IMG/VR virus record: IMGVR_UViG_2908492839_000003
Span: 59,804-79,803 of that record
From: an uncultured virus (IMG/VR IMGVR_UViG_2908492839_000003)
Lineage: Duplodnaviria > Heunggongvirae > Uroviricota > Caudoviricetes
DNA: 20,000 bases
Reading direction: 5' to 3' (one strand)
Shown: one piece after another, positions 1 to 8,534 of the stretch
Position numbering within the stretch: the stretch's first letter is position 1
Layout: each line of letters begins with the position of its first letter
Program-made: the position numbers and the translations under genes
The notes under the pieces: generated by a model
The model's input: only the letters and a program-made list of their open reading frames with translations
Told to the model about the DNA's origin: nothing
The model's database searches: none

Positions 1-188
1 TGATCGGCCTCGAGGCCGCGATTGTCGGTCAGGTCCAGGGCGATCAGTCGTGGGCTGATGAGCTGGGCGATGTCGTTGCCGTCGACCGTGAGCCGGAACA
101 CCGGCACCGGGTAGCCGGCGTCGCGCTGCAGCTGGTCGACGGCGCTGGTCAGGTAGCCCGTCACGCGGGCGAGGGTGGCATCGATCAC
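1..188 (-). CDS. gpD: Phage late control/baseplate hub protein D, N-terminal part (runs off the window)
   Basis: Not in the ORF track. Manual translation from GTG at 188, overlapping the U stop (GTGA): MIDATLARVTGYLTSAVDQLQRDAGYPVPVFRLTVDGNDIAQLISPRLIALDLTDNRGLEAD. The 'RLI.L.LTDNRG.EAD' motif is typical of P2 gpD. Confidence 0.88.
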   Translation of the reverse strand, partial: MIDATLARVTGYLTSAVDQLQRDAGYPVPVFRLTVDGNDIAQLISPRLIALDLTDNRGLEAD

Positions 189-625
189 AGGATGCGTCTC
201 AGCAGGTTGCCGGCGGTACCGAGGACCGAGCCGAGCAGATCGGTGCGGCCGTCGTCGATGCGCTTGAGCTCGAGGGAGAACTCGATCCGCCGCGGGGTGC
301 CGTCGGCGAAGAAGAGTGTCCGCGTCTCGGTGACACGCTCGATCACCCACAGGCCGTAGATGCGTCCGGTGCCCTCGACTATGGGCCAGGCCGACCCGGT
401 GTCGGCCATCTGCCGCAGCACGTCCAGGCTCAACGCGCTGCCGGCCAGCTCCGGCAGCAGCACGCCGGGCAGGGTGATCGCGTCGTCGCCGCGGCCGATG
501 AACTGGCGCGCCGGCTGGGCACCGATGCGGCTGCTGCTGACGTGCCGCCACTCGGTCTGTCGCTGGAACTCTTGGTAGGCCAGCGTGTGCAGGCTGAATA
601 CGAACATCCCGAGGGACAGCATCAT
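185..625 (-). CDS. gpU: P2 gpU tail protein
   Basis: 146 aa, MMLSLGMFVFSLHTLAYQEFQRQTEWRH...FFADGTPRRIEFSLELKR; GGAG RBS; lies between T and D. Confidence 0.92.
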   Translation of the reverse strand: MMLSLGMFVFSLHTLAYQEFQRQTEWRHVSSSRIGAQPARQFIGRGDDAITLPGVLLPELAGSALSLDVLRQMADTGSAWPIVEGTGRIYGLWVIERVTETRTLFFADGTPRRIEFSLELKRIDDGRTDLLGSVLGTAGNLLRRIL

Positions 626-630
626 GGTGG

Positions 631-3390
631 TTACTCCCGGTCCTGCAGGCGGGCGCGCAGGCGCGCCGCCTTGTTGCGTTCGCGCTCGTCCAGCAGTTGG
701 CTGAGCGTGCGTTTCAGGTCGGAGGTGTCGCTGCCCGCGCCGGCCTGGATGGTGATGTAGTAGGTGTCGCCGCCGATGCTGACTGCCGCTGGCGCCGAGC
801 TGACCGGAGGACGGTTGTCGATGGTGATGGCCTGCGCCGGGGCGCTGGCGCCGAGCACCAGGGCACCGATGGCGCCGGCGCTCTTGCCCAGGTCGCCGAG
901 CATGGACAGCAGCGGCTGGTCGAACATCGGCGAGCGTTGGCGCTGGGCCGCGACCAGTTCGGTCACCACTGCCGGCGGGGTGATCGTCGGGCGGGCGCTT
1001 CGGGTCAGCTCACTGCCCAGGCCGGCGACAGCCTGGCGCCCTGCGTTGACCAGGCCCTGGCCGATACGCGCAATTACGCCCAGCGGGCCGGCCTGGCCGG
1101 CGTCGAGGCCCTGAGCCAGGCCAGCCATGGTGAACCCGCCCAGATCGGCGAACACCCGCGACGGTGAATGGATGCCAAGCGTGTCCTTGAACCAGTCGAT
1201 CGCGGCGCCGCCGACGCGCTGGACCGCGCGCTTGATCTGCCCGATGCCGGCGAGCAGGCCGTTCACCAGGCCCTGGACAATCATGTTGCCGAAATCGGTG
1301 AAGCGTGCCGGTAGGTCGATGCCTAGGTAGCCCAGGACGCCGGAGAACGCACGGTAGATCAGACCGAGGGGGCTGAAATTCATCAGGGTTGAAAGAATGC
1401 CCCCGATGCCGCCGTCGAAACCTGCCTTGATTTCTTCCCACAGCCCCAGCAGGTACGTCTTGACGGCGTCCCAGTTGCGATAGATCAGGTACGCGGCGCC
1501 GGCCAGCACCGCGACGACGGCGGCAATTGCCAGGACCACCGGGTTGGCCGCCAGTCCCCACAGCGCGATGCTCACGACGCGCAGGGCGGTCACCAGTGGG
1601 CCGATCAACAGGCTGGCCAGCATGCGGATCGGTGCGAACAGCAGTTTCAGCAAGCCGATCAGACCGGGCAGGCGAATGCCGATGGTGCTGAGCATGAAGC
1701 GGACTGCGATCATCGGGCCGAGGATGCCGGCGAGGGTGATGGCCAGGCTGCCGACGGAGGCCATCAGCGCCGAGAACGCGGCGACGGTGATGACGATGCC
1801 CTTGCTGACTTGCGGGTTGGCCTTCAGGAACTCGCCGACGTTGTGCAGCAGGTGACTGAGGTCGGCGGCGAGCTCGCGCAGCCAGGGGCTGTTCTTGTCG
1901 AACAGCTCGACCGAAATGTTTTCCAGGGCGGCATGCAGCATGGTCATGTCGCCCTTGAGGTTGTCCAGCTGAGTGGACGCGACCCGGGCGGCCTCGCCCT
2001 CGGAGTTGTTCAGGCTTTCGCGCATGGTCTGGAACTGGCCGCCCTCGACGGCGCGCATCAGGGTGCCGAAGCTGGTCACCGCGTACTGCCCAGCGATGTC
2101 CTTGAAGATTGCGCCGCGCTGCACGTTGCCCATGCCGGCGGTCTTCTTGTTGATGTCCTTCAGGATGTCCAGCATATCGCGCATGTTGCCGTTGGCGTCC
2201 TTGGTCTGGACGCCCAGCTTGGCTACCGCCTTGGATGTGCCCAGGCGGGTCAGAACAGAGCGCATCGAGGTGCCGGCCATGCTGCCCTGGACGCCGGCGT
2301 TGCCGAGCAGGGCCGTGGCGGTGGTGACTGTCTCCAAGCTCTGGCCGTACTCGCGGCCGACGCCGGCGGAGTACTTCAGCGAGTCGCCGAGCATGCGGAT
2401 GTCGACGTTGTTCCGGGTGAACGCCGCAGTCAGTACGTCGGCCACCTGGTCCATCTTCTCGGCTGGAATACCCATCGCCGTCTGGATGTTCGAGGCGATG
2501 TCAGCAGTGTCGCCGAGGTCCATGTCGCCCGCGGCGGCCAGGTTGAGCATGCCGGGCATGGCGCCGAGGATCTGCTTCGCGTTGTAGCCGGTGCGGCCCA
2601 GGAAGTACTGGCCCTGGGCGACTTCCTTGTCGGTGAACTTGCTGGACAGCGGCAGGGTTCGGGCCTGTTGCCGCAGCGCCTGCATCTGCGGATCGTCCTT
2701 GCGCTCGATGCGGGTCACCGCCTGGGTGGCCGACATCGTTGCGTCGAACTCGTAGCCCACGCCGAGCATCTGCCGCAGCTTGTCGCCGGTGTACATGCCC
2801 GTCGCGCGCGCCGCCATGCCGGTGCCGGCCAGCGCGGCAGCGCTCTGGATACCACGGCTGTAGGTGTTGCGGGCGTGGGTCAGGCGCTCCTGCTGTTGGC
2901 TGAGGTTGCGTAAGCGCTGCGCCTGGCTGTTGATGGCGCCATTGGCCGCCTGGATCTGCGCGCGCAGGTCGCGCTCATGCTTGCCGAGGTTGCGCGTGCT
3001 GATGCCGGCGTTGCTGAGGCGCGTGCGCAGTTGCTGCAGGGCTTGGCTCTGCTGCAGGTGCTGCTGCTTGAGGAAGCCGGCTTCACGGATTGCCCGGTTG
3101 TAGTCGCGGGTGAGCGCACGGGTGGGGTTGCCGGCGGCGGCCATCTGCTGGGCTAGCGCTTTCACTCGGGCCTGTTGCGCGGCCAGCGCGGTGCTGACCT
3201 GCTCCAGGGCGCCGCGCTGGGTGCGGAATGCGCGCACGTCGCTCTGCTGAGCGTTGAGCTGCTTCAGGCGCTCGCGAGTTGCCTTGAGCGCCCGGGCCGT
3301 CGCGTCGCTGCCTTGCATGATGCGACGCAGGGGAGCGGTGGCTCTGTCGATCGCGCTGAGCAGCACGCGCAGCTGCAGGTCATTCGCCAT
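631..3390 (-). CDS. gpT: Tail tape measure protein (P2 gpT)
   Basis: 919 aa, Ala/Gly/Leu-rich; N-terminal coiled coil, TP901-type core (LNLAAAGDMDLGDTADIASNI), hydrophobic segments, LGIHSPSRVF motif; follows E/E'. Confidence 0.95.
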   Translation of the reverse strand: MANDLQLRVLLSAIDRATAPLRRIMQGSDATARALKATRERLKQLNAQQSDVRAFRTQRGALEQVSTALAAQQARVKALAQQMAAAGNPTRALTRDYNRAIREAGFLKQQHLQQSQALQQLRTRLSNAGISTRNLGKHERDLRAQIQAANGAINSQAQRLRNLSQQQERLTHARNTYSRGIQSAAALAGTGMAARATGMYTGDKLRQMLGVGYEFDATMSATQAVTRIERKDDPQMQALRQQARTLPLSSKFTDKEVAQGQYFLGRTGYNAKQILGAMPGMLNLAAAGDMDLGDTADIASNIQTAMGIPAEKMDQVADVLTAAFTRNNVDIRMLGDSLKYSAGVGREYGQSLETVTTATALLGNAGVQGSMAGTSMRSVLTRLGTSKAVAKLGVQTKDANGNMRDMLDILKDINKKTAGMGNVQRGAIFKDIAGQYAVTSFGTLMRAVEGGQFQTMRESLNNSEGEAARVASTQLDNLKGDMTMLHAALENISVELFDKNSPWLRELAADLSHLLHNVGEFLKANPQVSKGIVITVAAFSALMASVGSLAITLAGILGPMIAVRFMLSTIGIRLPGLIGLLKLLFAPIRMLASLLIGPLVTALRVVSIALWGLAANPVVLAIAAVVAVLAGAAYLIYRNWDAVKTYLLGLWEEIKAGFDGGIGGILSTLMNFSPLGLIYRAFSGVLGYLGIDLPARFTDFGNMIVQGLVNGLLAGIGQIKRAVQRVGGAAIDWFKDTLGIHSPSRVFADLGGFTMAGLAQGLDAGQAGPLGVIARIGQGLVNAGRQAVAGLGSELTRSARPTITPPAVVTELVAAQRQRSPMFDQPLLSMLGDLGKSAGAIGALVLGASAPAQAITIDNRPPVSSAPAAVSIGGDTYYITIQAGAGSDTSDLKRTLSQLLDERERNKAARLRARLQDRE

Positions 3391-3499
3391 CGGCGGAACT
3401 CCGTACCCGGGCGCGTTCGCGCCATTCCATCAGTTCGGTGAGCGAGAGCCGGTCCATATGGTCCGGCGCCCAGTGAAACGTCACGGCCAGGTCGGCCAT
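3380..3499 (-). CDS. gpE': GpE' tail chaperone extension (C-terminal part of the E+E' frameshift product)
   Basis: Manual translation: MADLAVTFHWAPDHMDRLSLTELMEWRERARVRSSADGE* (P2 GpE-family motif). It is in the -1 frame of E, and that frame is open from the slippery site at 3550-3556. Confidence 0.88.
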   Translation of the reverse strand: MADLAVTFHWAPDHMDRLSLTELMEWRERARVRSSADGE

Positions 3500-3507
3500 G
3501 GCGTTTT

Positions 3508-3837
3508 CTACGCGATCAGGGAGGCTGCCGCCTTCGCCCGCTTCTGCAGCAAAAAACCGGCGATCACCTGGCCGCAGGCGAGCAGGTCAGCCGGGTCCAT
3601 GCCGGCGGCCTCGGGCTCGGTGATGGTCGGCTGGCTGATGCGCGGCAGGATTTTCATGGTCGCAGCCACGTCGAACTGCAGCAGGTCGAGCAGGTGCAGG
3701 CCGCGGAGTTCGCCAGAGGAGGGCTTGCGCAGGGTGAGCGATTCGATGGACTGGGCGCCGCGCTTGATCGGCTGGTCGAGGGTTACGACGTTGTCGGGAG
3801 CGTTCTGCAGGTCAGCGGGAGTCTGTTCGGTTTTCAT
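3508..3837 (-). CDS. gpE: Tail assembly chaperone (P2 gpE)
   Basis: 109 aa, VTLDQPIKRG...LTLRKPSSGELRGL...ILPRISQP...MDPADL; lies between tail tube and tape measure. Confidence 0.92.
   Translation of the reverse strand: MKTEQTPADLQNAPDNVVTLDQPIKRGAQSIESLTLRKPSSGELRGLHLLDLLQFDVAATMKILPRISQPTITEPEAAGMDPADLLACGQVIAGFLLQKRAKAAASLIA
3550..3556 (-). other. Programmed -1 frameshift slippery site TTTTTTG in gene E
   Basis: The minus strand reads GCC GGT TTT TTG CTG, the same T6G type described for P2 E/E'. The -1 frame is open to the E' stop at 3380. Confidence 0.85.
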
Positions 3838-3891
3838 GGGCGTCGGTATCCAAGGGGGAGAGGAACCGCCGGTCGGGCCGGCGGGAAGGGA

Positions 3892-4407
3892 TTACAGGCC
3901 GATGGCCTTGCGCTGTGCCTCGAGCAGGTCCTTGCCGTTGACCTTCTCGACGAAGTTCAGCAGGTCGATCTCGATGACTTCCTCGCCGTTGACGACGAGC
4001 TTGTAGTAGCTGCAGGTGGTAGTGATCTTGTGCTCGGTGTCTTCGCCGGGCTGGGCGTCACCCATTTCGATGGTCTCGTGCCGGCCGCGAACGACGATTT
4101 CGACGGACGTGACCGCGCCGGTATCGTCCTGCTGGTAGGCGCCGGCGAAACGCAGCATCACGCCGCTGGCGCTGACTGCGCCGTACTGCTTGAGGACGGT
4201 CAGCTCCAGGCCCCCGACGGTCCACTCGAACTGGATGCCGTCGTCGTCGTGGCCGAGGTCGGCCTTGACCGGGCCGTTCATGCCGCCCCCGCGGAAGGCC
4301 TCCATCTTGCGGGCCAGCGGGGGCAGGGTGCAGGACTTCACAAGGCCCTGGTAGCTACCGCCATCGTTGAAGAGGTTCATGTTCTTGAGCTTGCGCGGCA
4401 TGGCCAT
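3892..4407 (-). CDS. gpFII: Major tail tube protein (P2 FII)
   Basis: 171 aa, MAMPRKLKNMNLFNDG...FRGGGMNGPV...EIDLLNFVEKVNGKDLL; GGAGAG RBS. Confidence 0.95.
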   Translation of the reverse strand: MAMPRKLKNMNLFNDGGSYQGLVKSCTLPPLARKMEAFRGGGMNGPVKADLGHDDDGIQFEWTVGGLELTVLKQYGAVSASGVMLRFAGAYQQDDTGAVTSVEIVVRGRHETIEMGDAQPGEDTEHKITTTCSYYKLVVNGEEVIEIDLLNFVEKVNGKDLLEAQRKAIGL

Positions 4408-4463
4408 TGTGGGGCTCTCCGGGAATCAGGTGGGTCGGCTCCCCGTCCGGGGAGCGCTGGGCG

Positions 4464-5639
4464 TCAGGCGTTGACGCGGCTGGCGAAGTCGACGAGGTAG
4501 CTGTCGGTGATCTTCTGGAAGAAGGTCAGGTCCTCGAGCGGCGGCACCGGGGTGTAGTCGTAGGCGATGCGCAGCTTGCCGGCCTTGAGCGTGTCCTTGT
4601 CGTTCATGCTGGGGTCGTACCAGGCCTGGGCATCGATGATCAGGCCGAGCCCCTTGAGTTCGCGGAACTTGGCGTTCACGCCCTCGAGGATGTCGCGCAC
4701 CAGCGACGGGTGCATGGGCTTGTCGACCGCCCACATGTGCGCCTCGGCGATGGTGTCGGCCAGCACCTGGGCGGTGCGGGTGTAGTTCTCGAAGGCGAAC
4801 AGCGGATCATCGCTGCAGGTGCGCGAACCCCAGAAACGGAATCCCCCTTCCTGCACCAGGGTGGTGACCTCGTTCTCGTTGAGGTAGTTGGCGTCGGTGC
4901 TGGGGCTCTGCAGGTCCCAGAACACGTCGGCGCTGATGCCGGTCACGCCGTTGACGGCGACGTTCGACAGTGTCTTGTGCCAACCGACCTCCTGATCGAT
5001 CCGGGCGCGCAAGCCCAGGGCCTGGGCAACAGCTGGCGCAGGTACGGTCTGGTTGACCACGGTGCTCCAAGTCAGGAAGTCCGGCCAGATCACCATGGCT
5101 TCGCGCGCGGCGAAGTTCTCGCGGTAGGCGGTGGCCTCTTCCTTGGTCTTGCAGCCGTTGGCGGAGACGTAGGCGAAGCCGCGCAACTGCTGGGCGATGG
5201 CGATGAGTGCGGTAGCGACCGGCTGGGTATCCAGGCCTGGCGCGCCGAGGATGCGCGGTACTACGCCCAAGCGGGCCTTGGCGGCAAGCAAGGCCTTCAT
5301 GCCGGTGTACTTGCCTTCGGCGCTGACGCCGCCGATGACCGCGCTGTTGGTCGCGGCTTCATCCTCGCCCGGCTTCACCCGCACCACCACAGTGGCGGCG
5401 TTGGCCTGGTCGGCGATTGCCTGCAGGCTTGCGGGCAGCGTACCGCTGGTGCCCGCCTTGCCGATGGCAGCCTGCACGTTGGTGATGAGTACCGGCGTAT
5501 CGAGTGGAAAGGCGGTGGCGTCGGCGTCTTCGGCGGTGGCTACCAGGCCGATGATCGCGGTGGCGATGGTGCGAATGGGGCGGGTCCCGTCATTGATCTC
5601 TTGGACCCGGACACCGTGATGGTATTGGTCAGCGGCCAT
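4464..5639 (-). CDS. gpFI: Contractile tail sheath protein (P2 FI)
   Basis: 391 aa from ATG 5639: MAADQYHHGVRVQEINDGTRPI...GWHKTLSNV...GFRFWGSRTCSDDPLFAFENYTRT...YDYTPVPPLEDL. Confidence 0.95.
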   Translation of the reverse strand: MAADQYHHGVRVQEINDGTRPIRTIATAIIGLVATAEDADATAFPLDTPVLITNVQAAIGKAGTSGTLPASLQAIADQANAATVVVRVKPGEDEAATNSAVIGGVSAEGKYTGMKALLAAKARLGVVPRILGAPGLDTQPVATALIAIAQQLRGFAYVSANGCKTKEEATAYRENFAAREAMVIWPDFLTWSTVVNQTVPAPAVAQALGLRARIDQEVGWHKTLSNVAVNGVTGISADVFWDLQSPSTDANYLNENEVTTLVQEGGFRFWGSRTCSDDPLFAFENYTRTAQVLADTIAEAHMWAVDKPMHPSLVRDILEGVNAKFRELKGLGLIIDAQAWYDPSMNDKDTLKAGKLRIAYDYTPVPPLEDLTFFQKITDSYLVDFASRVNA

Positions 5640-5647
5640 GGGGTGTG

Positions 5648-5678
5648 CCTGTGCAGTGGTTGGATGACACTGCACAGG
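5648..5678 (-). promoter_or_regulatory. 11-bp perfect inverted repeat spanning the predicted pF start site and the FI RBS
   Basis: CCTGTGCAGTG (5648-5658), 9-nt loop, CACTGCACAGG (5668-5678); no U tract. Confidence 0.6.
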
Positions 5679-5736
5679 CTGCCGCGCGCGCGGCGATGGG
5701 GCGAGGCGGGAAGCTTGTAGGTCGGGAAGCTACAAG
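5676..5736 (-). promoter_or_regulatory. Late promoter pF: Ogr/Delta-type activator box plus -10
   Basis: CTTGTAG-N9-CTACAAG at 5714-5736; putative -10 CAGCCT at 5681-5676; upstream of FI, as in P2. Confidence 0.75.
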
Positions 5737-6194
5737 ACGCCATCTGCGAAGAGGGCGTTGAGCCAGTCTGGTGCGGTCGGCCGGTGTTCTGCGAGCGGAA
5801 ACTCACCGGACTCCGGCCAGTCGCGCAGTTGGCGGCGGTAGGCCTGCAGCGCCTGGTACTGCTCCGCACTGAGCGTCGTGGTACCAACCTCGAGCTCGTC
5901 GCGGTGACGGGCGACCAGGGCGTCGGTGTCGACGAGCTGGCGGTCGCGCCAGTTGCGCTCAATCGCGGCTTGCGCCTCCTCTGTGGGCGGCGGTGGTTCT
6001 TTCGTTGCTGGCTGTCCATCGGCGTCCGTGCAGATCACACGGCCATTCTCCTGTTCTAGCAGAATGCGGGCGTGTACTTCATCGCTGACGGGGACGCCGT
6101 CATCCGGCCAGCCGATCCCGGCCTCGTAGACCTCGCGCAAGGACACGGGGTAGAACACCCGCGCGGAAGGCGAGAAAACATAGCTAGCGCTCAT
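5730..6194 (-). CDS. Tail fibre assembly chaperone (P2 G position)
   Basis: 154 aa from ATG 6194, ATGA overlap with the H stop; YVFSPSARVFYP...WPDDGV...ERNWRD...YRRQLRDWPESGEFP...RPTAPDW is typical of Pseudomonas fibre chaperones. Confidence 0.85.
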   Translation of the reverse strand: MSASYVFSPSARVFYPVSLREVYEAGIGWPDDGVPVSDEVHARILLEQENGRVICTDADGQPATKEPPPPTEEAQAAIERNWRDRQLVDTDALVARHRDELEVGTTTLSAEQYQALQAYRRQLRDWPESGEFPLAEHRPTAPDWLNALFADGVL

Positions 6195-8533
6195 CGACCG
6201 AATGCCTCCCAAAGCAAAACCGCCTGGAATTGATACCCGTTTTCCAAAGTTGCACCTGTCGTCGACGGGTTATAGAACGAGGTGCTCGCGTCGGTTCCTG
6301 GGTGGAAATTCGCAGTTTGGCCAGCGAACCCGCCCAAGCAGACATTCGGGAACGCGATGGGGAAGGTGATCGCCGCGGTACCATCACCAGGCACAGTCAC
6401 CCGGCCCCATTGCCGGATGTAGCCCGTATCGTTGTCCCTCCACCAACCGCTTGCTCCCAAGGATGCTGTGGCGATGGTGCCGGCTCCGATGTTGCTACGC
6501 GCCGTCGTGGCATTGTTCGCCCCAAGGCCGCCTCGAGCCAGCGGCAGGATGCCGGAGGTAATCTGGCTAGCGTCATGGTTATGCCCTGCCGGGGGGAAGG
6601 TCGCGGGCTTCCCTGGTAGCGAAGACCAGTTGTACTCCGACTTGGCCACGTAGTTGGCCGGGTTGAAGTTGAGCGTCGTCCATTGCTCCCTCCATGGGAG
6701 CCAGGTACCCGCATAACGGCAACGATGAAACATGTATCCGTCATGGGTCTGGTACGTCTGATAGGTGAAGTCGCTGGAGGCTCGATAAACCATCAGCCGT
6801 CCCGCCTTTGCAGTCGGATAGTTTGCTCCGTTGGCCGCATAGGTGTTTGATGTCTGATACCACCAGCCAGATTCCTCAAGCGTGTTCAGGTCGAACGCGT
6901 CTCCAATGCGGCTATCAGGCTCTTTTGCAAACGAGCCACCCACATCGCAGCGTCGCCAGGCGGACCAGACCCCGCGCTTGTTGCCGACGTCGTACATGTA
7001 GCGCACATACATTTCGGCGTTCGCCGCGTAGCGCACGGCAATCTGCCCCGCGTTGCCGTTGCGCTGGTTGTACATCATCGTCTGGATATAGAAATACTGC
7101 CCCGGAATCGGACCGTTCTCGTGATTCGTGAGGATGAGCGGGATGTTCGTGGTGTTCGGGTCCGTCGTGTTGGGTGCGCTGGTGCATAGCCCTTGTGCGT
7201 ACCAGGGAAGTCGGGCATCGGTGAACATGCCCGACGTAATTTTCGAGGCGTCCAGAGAGGGAATGTCGTCGGTAGTAAGCGTGGTTGCACCGATGACTAG
7301 ACCCTTGGGGTTTACCCTGACCTTGGTGTAGGTGCCGTCGGCGACACCGGTATTGGCCAGCGTAACCGTAATGCTGGCGTTTGCGCTGCCGTCGAATGCA
7401 GCGCTGCCGGTGGCATCCCCAGCGATTGCCAGCGTGCGGGGGGAGGCCAGCTTGAGTGCAGTCGCTGCCTGGCCGATGGCGTTGCCAGTACCGCCCCGAG
7501 CCACAGGCAAAATACCGGTGGCGAGCTTGCTGGCATCCAGCCAAGGAATGTCGTCAGCCGTCAACGATGTGGCGCTGGTGACAAGACCTTTGGCGTTCAC
7601 TCTGACCTTCGTGTAGGTGCCGACGGCTACACCGGTATTGGCCAGGGTCAGGGTGCCGCTGACGCTACTGGAGCCATCGAAGCGCGCCGCCCAGGTTGCG
7701 TCGCCGGTTGCGCTGAGCGTGATGGGCGCTGCAAGCCGGCTGGCAGTGGTTGCGTTGCCCGTAATCGAGGCCGGTAGTAGTCCGGCCGCGTTCAGCCTGA
7801 GCAGCTTGTTCGCCGTCGGGGTGGTGACCGCCTCGCTGGCATGCAGTGCGTCCGTGATGCCGTAGCCGTCCAGCGTGGTCGGGTTGCTGCCGGTGGTGAC
7901 GATGCCATTGGCGTTGACGGTGACCGCACGGTAGGTGCCGGCCCCCACGCCGGAGGCTGGCAAGGCGATGGTGCGATCCGCAGACAAATCGCCACCGCCG
8001 ACCAGGCCGTTGCCGGCCAGCACCTTGCGTCCCTTGAAGTCCGCGGCAACCTTCGCCTTCACCCAGTCCTGGGTGGCGTAGACGATGCCGTCGTCGATGA
8101 TCAGTTCGACGTGCTCCATGCCGGATAGGATGATCTGCACGCGGATGGTCTGGGTGCGCGCGCTCCCACTCTCGACGCTGGCCTTGAAGCTGGGCGGGCA
8201 GTTGGCGATCGCCACGAACTTCCCGTCGGCGTCCTCGAGGCCGATCTCCCGTATCCAGAAGCCGCCGATGGCCATCGGCAGTACCATCTCGGCGACCAGC
8301 ACGTTTGCGCTTTGCTCGGAGACGAACAGACGGTTCAGTTGAGCGCGGTAGCGCTGGCGGATCAGCTTGGTCTGAGCGGCCGAGGGGATGGGGTCAGCCG
8401 TCTCGCCGGGCGCGCCGCCGGCGTCACCGATGAGCATATGGGTGGGCTGCCACTTCTTCCCGGCTTCGCTCGCCGCGATCAGCGCTGCCGCGCCGATGTC
8501 GGTGAGCAGGCCGCCGTACTTGGGAGTCGTCAT
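6191..8533 (-). CDS. gpH: Tail fibre protein (P2 gpH / R-pyocin fibre-like)
   Basis: 780 aa; N-terminal baseplate-attachment domain (YGGLLTDIGAA...GGFWIREIGL...ANCPPSFK), repeated shaft, knob-like segments and a C-terminal 'SGWWRDNDTGYIRQWG...FPIAFP...WEAFGR' domain. Confidence 0.93.
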   Translation of the reverse strand: MTTPKYGGLLTDIGAAALIAASEAGKKWQPTHMLIGDAGGAPGETADPIPSAAQTKLIRQRYRAQLNRLFVSEQSANVLVAEMVLPMAIGGFWIREIGLEDADGKFVAIANCPPSFKASVESGSARTQTIRVQIILSGMEHVELIIDDGIVYATQDWVKAKVAADFKGRKVLAGNGLVGGGDLSADRTIALPASGVGAGTYRAVTVNANGIVTTGSNPTTLDGYGITDALHASEAVTTPTANKLLRLNAAGLLPASITGNATTASRLAAPITLSATGDATWAARFDGSSSVSGTLTLANTGVAVGTYTKVRVNAKGLVTSATSLTADDIPWLDASKLATGILPVARGGTGNAIGQAATALKLASPRTLAIAGDATGSAAFDGSANASITVTLANTGVADGTYTKVRVNPKGLVIGATTLTTDDIPSLDASKITSGMFTDARLPWYAQGLCTSAPNTTDPNTTNIPLILTNHENGPIPGQYFYIQTMMYNQRNGNAGQIAVRYAANAEMYVRYMYDVGNKRGVWSAWRRCDVGGSFAKEPDSRIGDAFDLNTLEESGWWYQTSNTYAANGANYPTAKAGRLMVYRASSDFTYQTYQTHDGYMFHRCRYAGTWLPWREQWTTLNFNPANYVAKSEYNWSSLPGKPATFPPAGHNHDASQITSGILPLARGGLGANNATTARSNIGAGTIATASLGASGWWRDNDTGYIRQWGRVTVPGDGTAAITFPIAFPNVCLGGFAGQTANFHPGTDASTSFYNPSTTGATLENGYQFQAVLLWEAFGR
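7206..7759 (-). repeat. Tandem ~95-aa (285-nt period) shaft repeat in the tail fibre
   Basis: GNATTASRLAAP...LANTGVAVGTYTKVRVNAKGLV...DDIPWLDASK versus GQAATALKLASP...LANTGVADGTYTKVRVNPKGLV...DDIPSLDASK. Identical 17-mer acaccggtattggccag at 7344-7360 and 7629-7645. Confidence 0.85.
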
Positions 8534-8534
8534 A

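Noticed and set aside
1810..2913. Long antisense or alternative-frame ORFs (also 3254-4006, 3694-4500, 4407-5720, 10272-11078, 16520-17266, 18363-19568)
   Set aside because: They overlap well-recognised phage genes and reflect stop-codon scarcity in high-GC DNA; no recognisable motifs.
5640..5729. P2 fun(Z)-type accessory slot between the fibre chaperone and FI
   Set aside because: Empty here: only about 90 nt, containing the pF promoter.
6191..6500. Possible DGR variable region or invertible tail-fibre cassette
   Set aside because: No template repeat, reverse transcriptase, invertase, inverted second fibre end or crossover sites in the window. The fibre repeats are diverged shaft modules, not adenine-specific variants.
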